From: Octopus sinensis
Taxonomy: Eukaryota
Length of the DNA: 64,000 nt
Reading direction: 5' to 3'
Assembly (NCBI RefSeq): GCF_006345805.1
Contig: NC_042998.1
Location: forward strand, 79,484,001-79,548,000
The position numbers and the translations under genes were made by a program. The notes under the pieces were generated by a model. The model had not been told where the DNA came from and did no database searches. It saw nothing but the letters and a program-made list of their open reading frames with translations. Positions 37,700 to 48,310 of the stretch are shown here, in pieces (the first letter of the stretch is position 1; each line of letters starts with the position of its first letter).

Positions 37700-38410
37700 A
37701 CTACCTGCTGTGAAGCGGGTTCATCTCAGATAAAAATGTATCCCGACTCTCTTTGAAGACCTCAACATATACACAGGTTGATTATCAGAATGTTGAATAA
37801 TTGTGGACTCTTGAAACCCAAATTTGGTGACTGGTATAGATTTCAATTCCAAATGTGGAAGACAGACCTTCCAGAATCTACCATAATTATATAACTGCAT
37901 ATCTTTCACATATTCTCTCAATCGAGTAGAGCTTCAGTTCTTTTAGCCTCTTCCAATAGCTCATCTGTTGCATCGGATCAACCTTCTTAGTGTAGGGCAC
38001 TAGATTGCATCAAGTTCCGCCATCAATTTGACATTCTGTAGTGACCACAGCTGGGAGTAGTAACCAGTCGACTGAAAACGAAGGTTCTCTATATGAGTAA
38101 CATGGAATCCTTTTCCTGGATCTAAATTATCTCAGAATCTATCCAGCTACTTGCCTGCACAGTGATGCCATCTTCATAATATGCAACATGGAATGCTTGC
38201 ATTATTACTCATGTAGATTCCCAGGTCACACACCAACTCTGACTTTGAGATTGCACTACCCACTGGTTCTGTGTAATCAGATTGTAATCTGTTTGTGGGC
38301 CAATTGTAAAGTGCATCAAACTTCTCGGCATTGAACTGCATGTTATTTTCATCAGCCCACCTATATATTGCATTCAGATCAAGTGAGAATGTGGTTTTAT
38401 TGGAGGGGGA
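37700..38410 (-). mobile_element. CR1-type LINE RT C-terminal fragment, decayed
   Basis: ORF 38174..38452 reads DLNAIYRWADENNMQFNAEKFDAL..VCDLGIYMSNN; downstream frames resemble the CR1 C-terminus. Confidence 0.75.
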
Positions 38411-38559
38411 AGTTAAGACAGGAGGAAGAAGCAGATTGTATAGATACCACATAGTCCCCCTCCCCTACTCCTTGCACCTTCCCCTTCCCACTCTTACCCT
38501 AAACCTAACCCCAAGTGCTCTAGTTATTGGTGTAAATGAAAATTTATGATCTGAATATA

Positions 38560-38790
38560 GAAGCTGCAGGTTTCAAAGCAGTTATCTGTAGTTGTCCTTT
38601 TTCTCTTTGATTGTCGAAGAAATATTCACATTTGAAGAGCAGCTAACCTCTATGACAGTACAAATTGTTTGTTTGTTTGTCCCAAAGAGCAATATCCAGC
38701 CTATTACCTTTGCACTTGGTAGAAATTTTGATGGGAATGCTCCCACCAATATTCCTCGTGCTGATGTTCATGCATGTGTTCAATAACAGG
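38560..38790 (-). mobile_element. Restriction-like endonuclease (RLE) LINE fragment
   Basis: With frameshifts reads EYWW..IPIKISTKCKGNRLDIALWDKQTN..CTVIEVSC..KEKKDNY; homologous to 44170-44340. Confidence 0.7.
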
Positions 38791-39599
38791 GGTATTCTCT
38801 ACATTTATCCCAGATCTCTCTATACTACTATGCGATCGTGTACACACATATACAGGCCGAAATTAACTCTTTTTTCCTCGCATGCTTTTCCATTTACTAA
38901 TTACGCATACCAACCTGTCGTGGTTTTGGATATATACAAAGTAACAGTAAATAAATATCCCTTTACAACTTCAATCACTGTTCATGTGTCACATCTTACA
39001 ACATACTGTTGCAATAAATCTTTGCCATTACATTGGTGACCCCGAGTTAAAGAATTGCAGTCTTCACCTTTGCATGAACAGTTGTCACATACATTTGGTG
39101 AACCCTTCTACAGAGAACCACTATCTACTGATGCACCCTCATTCGACTTGCTATGATGCACAAATTCCATGACAACTCGTTTCACTAAAACAACTAAATT
39201 CCTGTGCATATCTTTTGAATGTTTTTTATTATTATTCATATTTTGCATGTACTTTTTTCGTTCACTTTGAAAATGTTTGTATTGTTATATACACACACAC
39301 ATACTCCTTTCCTCAGCACCTGGCCTTGTGCACACATTGTTCATACACGCATACATGCTAACACGGTCACATTCATGCACCACATATGCCTTCCCCGCTT
39401 GTTTTTCATGCTCCCAGCGCCCTTGTAGACACAACTCGCCTCTGTAAGATCCTAGGTTGGTCACGTATACATAGAGAAAGTCGTTTGTCCCTTACAACGC
39501 GTAAGCTTGCTTTTTACTCCTGCACGGTCAAGGCATTTAATACCTCATACATCAGCTGGCATATTAAACACTGTACATTGTATTTGTAATTAATGCACT

Positions 39600-39958
39600 A
39601 GCATTACTACCTCGTTCTCGCCCACAGCATCATAGGCGGAGGGTGTAACCTCTCGAAAGAGCTGTTCTTCACTCCTGCTCCAGAGCGTCGGCTGCGGGGT
39701 CATTCCGAAAAGCTCTACCTGCGACGATTTCATCTCAATCGAAGGAGAGGAGCTTTCTCCGTCCGGGTTGCGGATCCGTGGAACGGGCTGCCAGGCGGGA
39801 TGGTGAAGATGCCGACGACCGCTTTGTTCAAAGCCTCCCTTGACCTCAAGTGGCCTGAACTCTTTGCATGAACACCACCCTGTACTTAACTCCATGTCCC
39901 CCTGCATGGCCTTGCTATTTGCTTTTGAGCCAAATTAACTAACTAACTAACTAACTAC
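39600..39958 (+). mobile_element. CR1-type LINE 3' end with (TAAC)n tail
   Basis: Reads RRLRGHSEKLYLRRFHLNRRRGAFSVRVADPWNGLPGGMVKMPTTALFKASLD..*, then a short UTR and taactaactaac. Confidence 0.8.
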
Positions 39959-41520
39959 CTCAGCCTTGCGCACGCACGCACACACACGTGCCCCTCCTGC
40001 CTTGTTTTTCAATACGTCTGTGCCAACTCAGCCCTTTCTCAACCTTATGCACGCTGGATGTTCACATGCTCTGCGCTCATGTTAGACGTAATTTCCCTCT
40101 GTTAGACCTGTTTGGTTGCGTAATAAATGGAGAAAATTACCTGTCACATACATCACCCCAGCATGCTACACTATCGTTCTTGCTAACCTCATCAATTACC
40201 AACAACAATACCAGACACATTTCACTTCTGAAAAACCTTCAAGGCATTTCATACGCTGCAATCCTGCATGAAGATCTTTGATATCATGGATTGAGAATAC
40301 ACTCACTCGCTCACCTGAGCTTAACTTACAGTGAACTTTGATTCGTGCACCTGCACTCGTGCATATGCACGCATGTACTAGCTCATTTTCCGTACTGCCC
40401 AGTCACTGACTGCACATTTTGGCATGTAAAGCGACACCGCTATTCAGACTCACTTGAATAAATATCTGTCTCGTATACACTTCAACGGTCCTCTCTCCGG
40501 ATATGCAAAATTTTTCTTCAGCCATGCATTTCTTTCTCTTGCGCAATCGTTCGTTTCCTTTTCTCAGAACCTCTCTGGAGAGGAAGTGATGTAGTGGCTT
40601 CATGCAGGCATGGCGTTGCCAGATGCCTTCGGTAAGCAGAATACTGTCTTTGCAACTTGACTCTTCTAACCTCTTCTAGGCGACCAAAAGCTAGAATAGA
40701 GACAACAGACCTCCAACGAAATCTATTGCTCTTAAACAATATGTCTATCCTTCAGGCTGGTTTTGGATAGTTATAAAAACAAGGACTCCGTAAGCCAAAG
40801 TTGGTTAGTGAGAGTGACTGACAGAGAGGCGGCTGACCGGCTCAAGCGAAATGCTGTCTCGACTGAGGTAGATTAACAAAGTGACAACTATGGAATTAGC
40901 AAACATAGAAGCTCATTCCACCACTCTCACTTTTACTAACTTTCTTTTCTCTGGAACATTAACATATCCCTCTCTCTATACTACTATGAGATCGTGTACA
41001 CACATACAGACCGAAATTAACCCTTTTTCCTCGCATGCTTTTCCATTTAGTAATTATACATACCAGCCCGTCGTGGTTTTGGATATATTACAAAGTAACG
41101 GTAAATAAATATCCCTTTACAACCTCAATCATATTTCTTCTTCTGTCTTGCATACTGGTAACCAACACCTTAACAACAACCGTTGCAAATTGGTGATACT
41201 CCACTGCAACGAAGAACTAACCGTTACAGATTCGCAATCCCACTCACTAAGTTATTGATAAAGTACTCATCCGAAATTAATTATTTGATTCGTTTAATGT
41301 TAATTAATTCACTTGATTTATCTTACTTTTCCTCAACAATAAGAATACATAGGAATCGATCTTTAAAATGCATGCCTGCACTACTTGGCACGTTTAAGCG
41401 TGTCCGAGTGTCCGTGTAAAACGTACGAGTCTGCTTAAGTACGAACGTACATGCATGCAAGTCTGATCGAGTATGCATATCCATGTATGAATATGGAGGA
41501 TATAAATTTATGGATATATG

Positions 41521-41521
<1 letters not shown>

Positions 41522-41591
<70 letters not shown>
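41522..41591. repeat. Long (TA)n microsatellite; many other (TA)n, (CA)n, (CT)n and (AAT)n tracts occur throughout the window
   Basis: Direct inspection. Confidence 0.95.
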
Positions 41592-41598
<7 letters not shown>

Positions 41599-42550
41599 CG
41601 AAAGCGTTATACCTGTGTCTACATCGACAGCAATTACACACGTGCATGCGAGTCTTATTTTATGTTCCTTTTTTGGGTGTGTGTGTGTGTGTTTGTGTTT
41701 GTGAATCTCCCATTAGCGTATGGGTGCGAAAGGGAAACGTACAAAATTATTGGTTTATTAGTATATATTGTGACTGTGCGTGCACTCGAGCACGAATAGG
41801 TGTATGCTGGTGTACGTGTGTGTGTTAGTTTGTGCGTGTGCATGAGAAAGAGGATTCACGCAAATATTACACGAAGAGTTATCCCCCTTGAACTACAAGT
41901 AAATTTTCCCAAGATATTTATCAGCATTCATCTTTCTATTTGCTATTTTACTATCCAATATCAATATAATGAACGCGCCATAGGATTCCACCCACCCCCA
42001 AAAAAATCCACTAGCCAGCTCATTTCTTCTTATGGAGTCTTCCATCACAATATTCTTCGAGATTTTGTATTTCTTTTTCTTATACCCTTTTTTAACACGA
42101 ACCAAGTCCAGCCCCTACCTACAGTCTCTATCATTTAGCACATTCAGCCAAGTATATGAAATACATAAACACAGCGAGATAACAATCTCCTTAGCCAATC
42201 AAAGACCAGCGTCAAATTCAAGCAGGTTTCTGAACACAGGCACGGCTATGTTATTAAAGAGTTCACTTTGCAACTACATGGTTTAGAGTTCAATCCCCTG
42301 ACGCAGCACTTTGCATAAATGCCTTCTACTGTAGGCCGGGTTTCCTAGGATACATTTTTTTCCAACAGTAGGCATTCATGTAAAAGTCAAAATATTACTT
42401 TTTTTTTTTTTTTTTTTTTGTAAGAGGCTCGACTATTACATGGATGCTACTATTCAGGAGCTGAAATTCACATTAGACTCCAAAATGCCGTATCATGAGC
42501 AGAAACCCAAATGATCTCTGGCAAAATAATAATAATAATAATAATAATAA

Positions 42551-42961
42551 TCTTTATATATAAAAGTGAAGTTGTGTGTCTGTCTCCTACGATTTAGATT
42601 CCTAACTACTCCCTCATTTTGTGGTGCAGTTTAACCAAAACCGGTTATCTTATAGTCGTGATTCATATCGATTCATACCCTTAGTCGTGTTCATACCCTT
42701 CTGGGTATTAGTGCGCGTCTACGATGAGTCTACGATTAAAAAAAAAAATTTACCATCATTTTTTTCCATTTTTCGCTATTATATAAGGGAAGTAACTCTC
42801 TAAAAATGTCTACGATGAGTCAACGATTTAAAAAAAAATTTACCATCATTTTTTTCCCATTTTTATTGCATTTTTTTGCTATATTTTGGCTATAACTCTC
42901 TAAAAATGCTTATATAGTTATTTCCCTTACAAACCCGAGCAACGCCGGGCGATACTGCTAG
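42551..42961 (+). mobile_element. Non-autonomous Helitron
   Basis: 5' TC, 3' CTAG, sub-terminal hairpin CCCG-agcaacgc-CGGG (42934-42949), inserted between A and T in an (AAT)n tract with no TSD. Confidence 0.85.
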
Positions 42962-43439
42962 TAATAATAATAAATAAAAGAGAGTAGAATGAAGTACTAT
43001 AATAATATCAGTTTTATGCATCAAAATATGTTAAGGACGCTTAGCTTTTATAAATATTAACACATGTTCTTTTCTTCCTAGCCATCACAATTAGCAGATC
43101 GTTTACCTGTCACGAAACAGGGTCGATTTCACAGGAAATATAAGGAAAATTCCTAATTTGAGGGTCAGAATTAGAGAGTCGATATTTACTTGAGGTCAAC
43201 TTTTACACGAGTATATCTGGTATTTGACTGTAAAGCTTTGTATCTACCGAACTATGACATAAGCCATATAACTCCTTTACTCTATTAGAACCAACCTCTG
43301 TTCTGCAGAAAAGATTTTGGATTTTTGATTTCAACCTGTAAATCTTTATACGAATGCTCTCTCTCTGACATACATACATGTTTCCCGAAGACTTGAAGAT
43401 AATAGTAATATCGGCATGAAGTGTAGACTTTCTTGAACA

Positions 43440-43900
43440 TATGACCGCTACATCACACTTTGCAGGCTATGTGCTTACAATCCAAGAGCAGGAGATTGCT
43501 ACAAAATAAGAGATAGTGAAACCCATGGACCCCAAGATGCAAGCGAAAATGTCGATTGTTTATGTAACGTACGAATGTAAGGTTCTCACGTCGGAGGTAC
43601 CAAACGTATCGTACAGATGAGAAGTTACTTGACGTACAAATGGCGATTCTGGTTCCGCATCTAGTCGCTACATGCTGAGAGTCGAAAGGGGGGTGAAACA
43701 GCATAAGAGCAACACCGAAGAGAAAAGAATAATATTCGTAGATCTATTTGCCGGCAGTGGTTAGTAAGACAGATAAATAATTGACAATGACAATGTGTTG
43801 GTCGCTCGCTGGTAGTTGGTATGTATGTATGTACGTACGTACGTACGTACATACATACATACCAACTACATACATACATACATACGCACGCACGCACGCT

Positions 43901-43956
<56 letters not shown>

Positions 43957-44340
43957 CACATACACACATACATACATACATACATACAAGTAAGCTACGT
44001 CATGTTTCTGTGGAAGACATTACGCATGTGATTAGCAGCTGTCCTAAAATGTCGTCATGGTACTACCTCCCTATGCGGCACGATGTTGTTACTAAAACAA
44101 TTTACAATGCCATCCGCAAAAAAGACTGTCCTGAAATAAATTTAGAAAATCCCTGTTATGGAATACATTCATAAAAGCCAACTCAAGGAATACTGGTGGA
44201 ATATTCCCATCAAAACTTCTGTCAAATGTAAGCATAACAGACCGGATATTGTTGTTTGGGACAGAGGGACAAACGTGTGTACCATCATAAAGGTCAGCTG
44301 CCCTACAGATATAAATACCTCTTTGAAAATGGCTAAGCGG
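43440..44340 (+). mobile_element. RLE-type non-LTR retrotransposon C-terminal fragment (R4/Dong/HERO-like), interrupted by a microsatellite
   Basis: SHFAGYVLTIQEQEIATK, then KLRHVSVEDITHVISSCPKMS..RHDVV (CCHC knuckle plus RHD), then EYWWNIPIKTSVKCKHNRPDIVVWDRG..IIKVSCP (PD-D endonuclease). Confidence 0.8.
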
Positions 44341-45058
44341 GGCGGCGTCATTTGAAGGCTAAAACAATGCGAAGCGATGTGTAGCAACATCTGATAGCCT
44401 GGTCGGTCACGGTGATCACATACATATATATATACACACATATATATATACATACACATACATATACACACATATCTGTATATATAGAGAGATAGATAGA
44501 GAGAGAAAGTAATTACGAGTCAATGAGGATAACGACGGAAGGATTAAAAAGCATATAAATAATTGAATATAAAATGAAACAAAATTGAAGCCAAAACATT
44601 AAAAATTATTGAAAGTGGGTAGAAGAAAACACTACGTAGTGTAGTAGTACTACGCTAGGGTATCTGTAGAAAGTTGAATATGATTTCAGAATATAACGAG
44701 AAAAAATTCGGATCTTGGGAATTTTCCGAAAGTCTTCTCCCCACCTCAAGATTTTCCCCGCACCTGTTGCACTATTCTTTTCTGATTTTCGTTTCTGGGT
44801 CAAATTGGAAACATTAACCAAAATAAGTAATAGGCTTACAAAGAATAAGTCCTGGGGTTGATTTGTTCGACTAAAGGTGGTGCTCCAGTCTGGCTGCAGT
44901 CAAATGACTGAAACAAGTCATACTTTATTCATAATACAAACTTTTATCTACTTTTCAAATTTATACGACACTGCGTAGTTGTGAGTTCAAATTGAACCGA
45001 GATACTTGGTAAATAGCTGTATTTTGAATGTGGAAAAAAATCAGAAAATAGATTAATT

Positions 45059-45479
45059 GGATCTTTTTGGTTTGAACGGCAGTTTTTTCTAGCGGTGCCA
45101 TATGAAATTGTCACCCATAATTATGATCCTAGTATCGATCTATTGCATTTCAATCTGTTTTGGGGGTAGGGTTAGGGTTATGGTTAGGAGTGAGGGAAGG
45201 GTATCTTCTTTTCTTCAGAAATGTAAATAAATCCAATCTGTTTCTTAAACGAGGGACATATTCATACGGCACAGAATGTTTTTCGCCTCAATAGACGTCA
45301 TTGATTGGTTGAAATTGCAGAAAAAAACAACAAATATCTTACAAACTATAGAATTTTCTCAATAAAGCCAAGAGAAAAAGATGTTTTATAAACACACTCT
45401 ACCAGTATACGAAGTTTAAAAGTGTCTAGTTACGTGGAAATTATTTTTAAAAAAACTGCCGTCCAAATCGAAAAGATCC
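45059..45479. mobile_element. MITE, probably Merlin-like
   Basis: TIRs GGATCTTTTTGGTTTGAACGGCAGTTTTT / AAAAACTGCCGTCCAAATCGAAAAGATCC; 8-bp flanks GATTAATT (45051-58) and GATCAATT (45480-87) look like a TSD with one mismatch; GG termini. Confidence 0.7.
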
Positions 45480-46964
45480 GATCAATTTGTGATCGTTAAA
45501 TAATATACACTATAACAAGGTGTTTTAGGCACTTGTTATTTGTATGTCTATCATGTTTTGAAAGCTTTCAGGTAACAGTTGTTTCTTCTATTTTCTTCCA
45601 ACCCGTTATCATTTAGAAGTGGGTGGATATGAGTAATTTTATGTACGTAAATAACTCTATTGCATACGTATACACATACATGCATCACTGTATACTAAAG
45701 CGTTTGGAGCGTGTTTGGAAAGTTTTCAACATACCATAGGATACTTAGAAAGTTGCAGCTGCTGGTGTGTGTGTGTGTGTGTGTATCTGTATATATAAAA
45801 GGCAGGATATGTGTGTGTACGTGAACGTAATTTATGCACGTCCACAATTTGGCACGCATGTCGCTCCAATTTTAGGAGGACATTCGTCACGATCCCAGCT
45901 GTATTTTCGTCAAATTATTTTCCCCGGGGCACCCGCGGGTAGCGGTAAAAATCGATTTTCAACCTTAACTTTTACCAATTTCGAAGTTTGCTAACATGAG
46001 TTAAGACCCTTCTTGCCATAGAGAAGTGAAGCTGTGTGTGTGTGTGGGGGGGAGAAGTTGTGTTGATGTATGTGTGTGTGTGAGGGAGAGAGGGTAAGTG
46101 ACAGCGTTCACCAAAACTAAAAATGTAAAATGTTCTTTTTTCTTAAATACGAGATATAGTATTCAAATTTAGGGTGTTTTTGAAAGACACTGTATTTTAT
46201 AATCAGGTTATATGTACTTTCTCACACAACAATTAAAATATATCTATTTTAAATCATTTATTTATTTTAAATCGTTCAGCTTTCTTCCCCCTCCCCTCAC
46301 ATACACATTACTTTGGGCGCGAAGGAGTTTTGTTTTTATTTTACGCCGAGGAAAAAAGTGTTTTGTTGAGAATCCATTTATTTAACAACATAGAAACAAT
46401 GAGGGAGGTAACAATTTGTCAGCGAATTACACAATATAAATGGGTAAAATTTCCGAGGCTCCACCATCTCCCTCCCCGTTTCTCGGACCACAAAAAGGGT
46501 TTTGTAGCATTTTAGAAGGCCAGGGTAGTTGATTCCACGTAAAAAATCCGATCGTGCGAGTGTTATATAAAAATTTGCCTGGAGTATTTCATGGTAAATT
46601 TGAGATTAAAAACAAATGTTTTCCATATTCTTAATCTCCGTATTTTTCCACGTACATTGAAAAATAGATGGTGAAAAGATCAATGGGGGAGGGGGAGGTT
46701 TCCGAGGCTTCCACCACACCACACCCCGTTTTTAGGACTACAAAAAGGGTTGTGTCGCATATTAGGAGGCCAGGGTAGTTGATTCCACGCAAAAAAATCC
46801 AATTTGTTTTTCTTAGTGAAAATCGTGCAAGTGTTAATCTAAAAAATTACCAACCATTTTCCCATTCATTTCTGTTTATGAAATTCTGTACATAATTTTG
46901 CTTTCTCGGTGGTCAAGGTAAATGATGACTGGCAAAGCAACAGTGCCCTAATGCTGACAATGGA

Positions 46965-47415
46965 TACAATGACCTGATCTACAATAATGCGCTGATTGAA
47001 ATTGAGAATGCCCTGCTCAAAATGGGTGGGGCGGCGTTGAACACATTCGGTTTGCTATCCCCATTGAGACAGGACGTTAATACACTCCCACCAAAGTTAC
47101 TTCTGGAGTTATCGTTTGCGGAGTGCCTGAGAGTAAATGAGCCGAAATTGCTCCCTGATCAGAGGCTGGTGTACGAAACTGTCGTCAGTGCCGTTGAAAA
47201 ACAGACGGGCGGCATTTTTTCCTCGATGCTGCTAGAGGTACCGACAAATCCTATGTAACACAATTAATACTTGCTAAGATTCGTCGCGAGAAACAAACTG
47301 CGCTAGGCGTTGCTTCCTCGGGAATCGCTGCTATGTTATTGCCGGGAGGTAGGACGACGCACTCAGCATTCAAGCTGCCTTTACATTTGGTGAGGGCCGA
47401 GGTTCCCACTTGCAT
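46965..47415 (+). mobile_element. Helitron RepHel PIF1-like helicase fragment (pseudogene)
   Basis: With one frameshift reads DQRLVYETVVSAVEKQTGGIF/FLDAARGTDKSYV..ILAKIRREKQTALGVASSGIAAMLLPGGRTTHSAFKLP (degenerate Walker A plus motif Ia). Confidence 0.85.
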
Positions 47416-47429
47416 GCAGAGTGCCATTA

Positions 47430-48310
47430 GGCACTCGTGCTTCTATCCCAGATGGGCAACGCTGGTGGCGAGGGTACTACCTCGTTCTTCTATAGAGGGT
47501 TAGTAGAGTTCAAGTGTAACGACGTCCTGGGAGAAACCCTAGGCTTCGACAAAGATCAACTGGCCAACCTGTTCCAAAGAATATTCGGGATGGGGCCCCT
47601 ATGGATAATTACCAAAAGTTCCTGGCCTGGCAATGTTACAGAGGAGCTTTACCGGTTCGAAATAAGCTCTTTAGACATGAGTGTGTGCCTTCGCCGGTTT
47701 GTGCAAGATGCGAACAGGACAGTGAACTGTCCTGCACGCGATTGTGCAATGCCCCAAGGTGACTGAGCTCTGGGCTTATGTCGAACACCTGCTGTCACAT
47801 TTGAGAAGAGTACAACTGTTGAGCGAATCTGTAATTTAGATCGTTCCGCCGACCACCCTGAATAGGGAGGAGAGAGCCTGTTTTCTCTCGGTAGTTGCTG
47901 TGGAAAAAAAAGTAGTATGGAAGACGAGAGTGAAAGGAATTGCAACAGGCATGTTCATCTCCAGTCTCGAGCTAATCGACTTTTTCGTTTTCCACATGAA
48001 ACAGAAAATAAGGCTGGAGAAGAAATACCAGTCGCAAAGTGTGTTTTGTAAAAGATGGAGGTCTATAGCAGGTATGTTGTGAGTGAAAGAACCTGTCTAA
48101 ACGAGAATATAAAAAGGACAAAGCTAAGTCTTCAATGTGAGTATGTGATTTGTGGGGTCGACCGCGTCCTCCGCTCCATTTTTTGTAAATCACTCATTCT
48201 CATTTAATTGTATATATTTTAATTGTTTGTTTATTCATACGTTTCGTCTCATTCGATACCCTGACCCCAATGTTTGTTTTGTCTGTCCTCGTATCGTCTC
48301 TTCTTTTTCT
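47430..48310 (+). mobile_element. L1/Tx1-type LINE 3' fragment
   Basis: Frameshifted reading KFLAWQCYRGALPVRNKLFRHECVPSPVCARCEQDSE/TVLHAIVQCPKVTELW (zf-RVT-like C-C-H-C motif), then a T-rich UTR. Confidence 0.8.

Noticed and set aside
41245-41295. Possible third hammerhead family (ttgataa..agtactcatcc-GAAA-ttaatt)
   Set aside because: The core differs from CUGANGA at two positions and stems I and II do not pair convincingly; it cannot be supported from one copy.
45162-45188. Interstitial telomere or chromosome fusion site
   Set aside because: Only about four degenerate units, internal to a TIR element.
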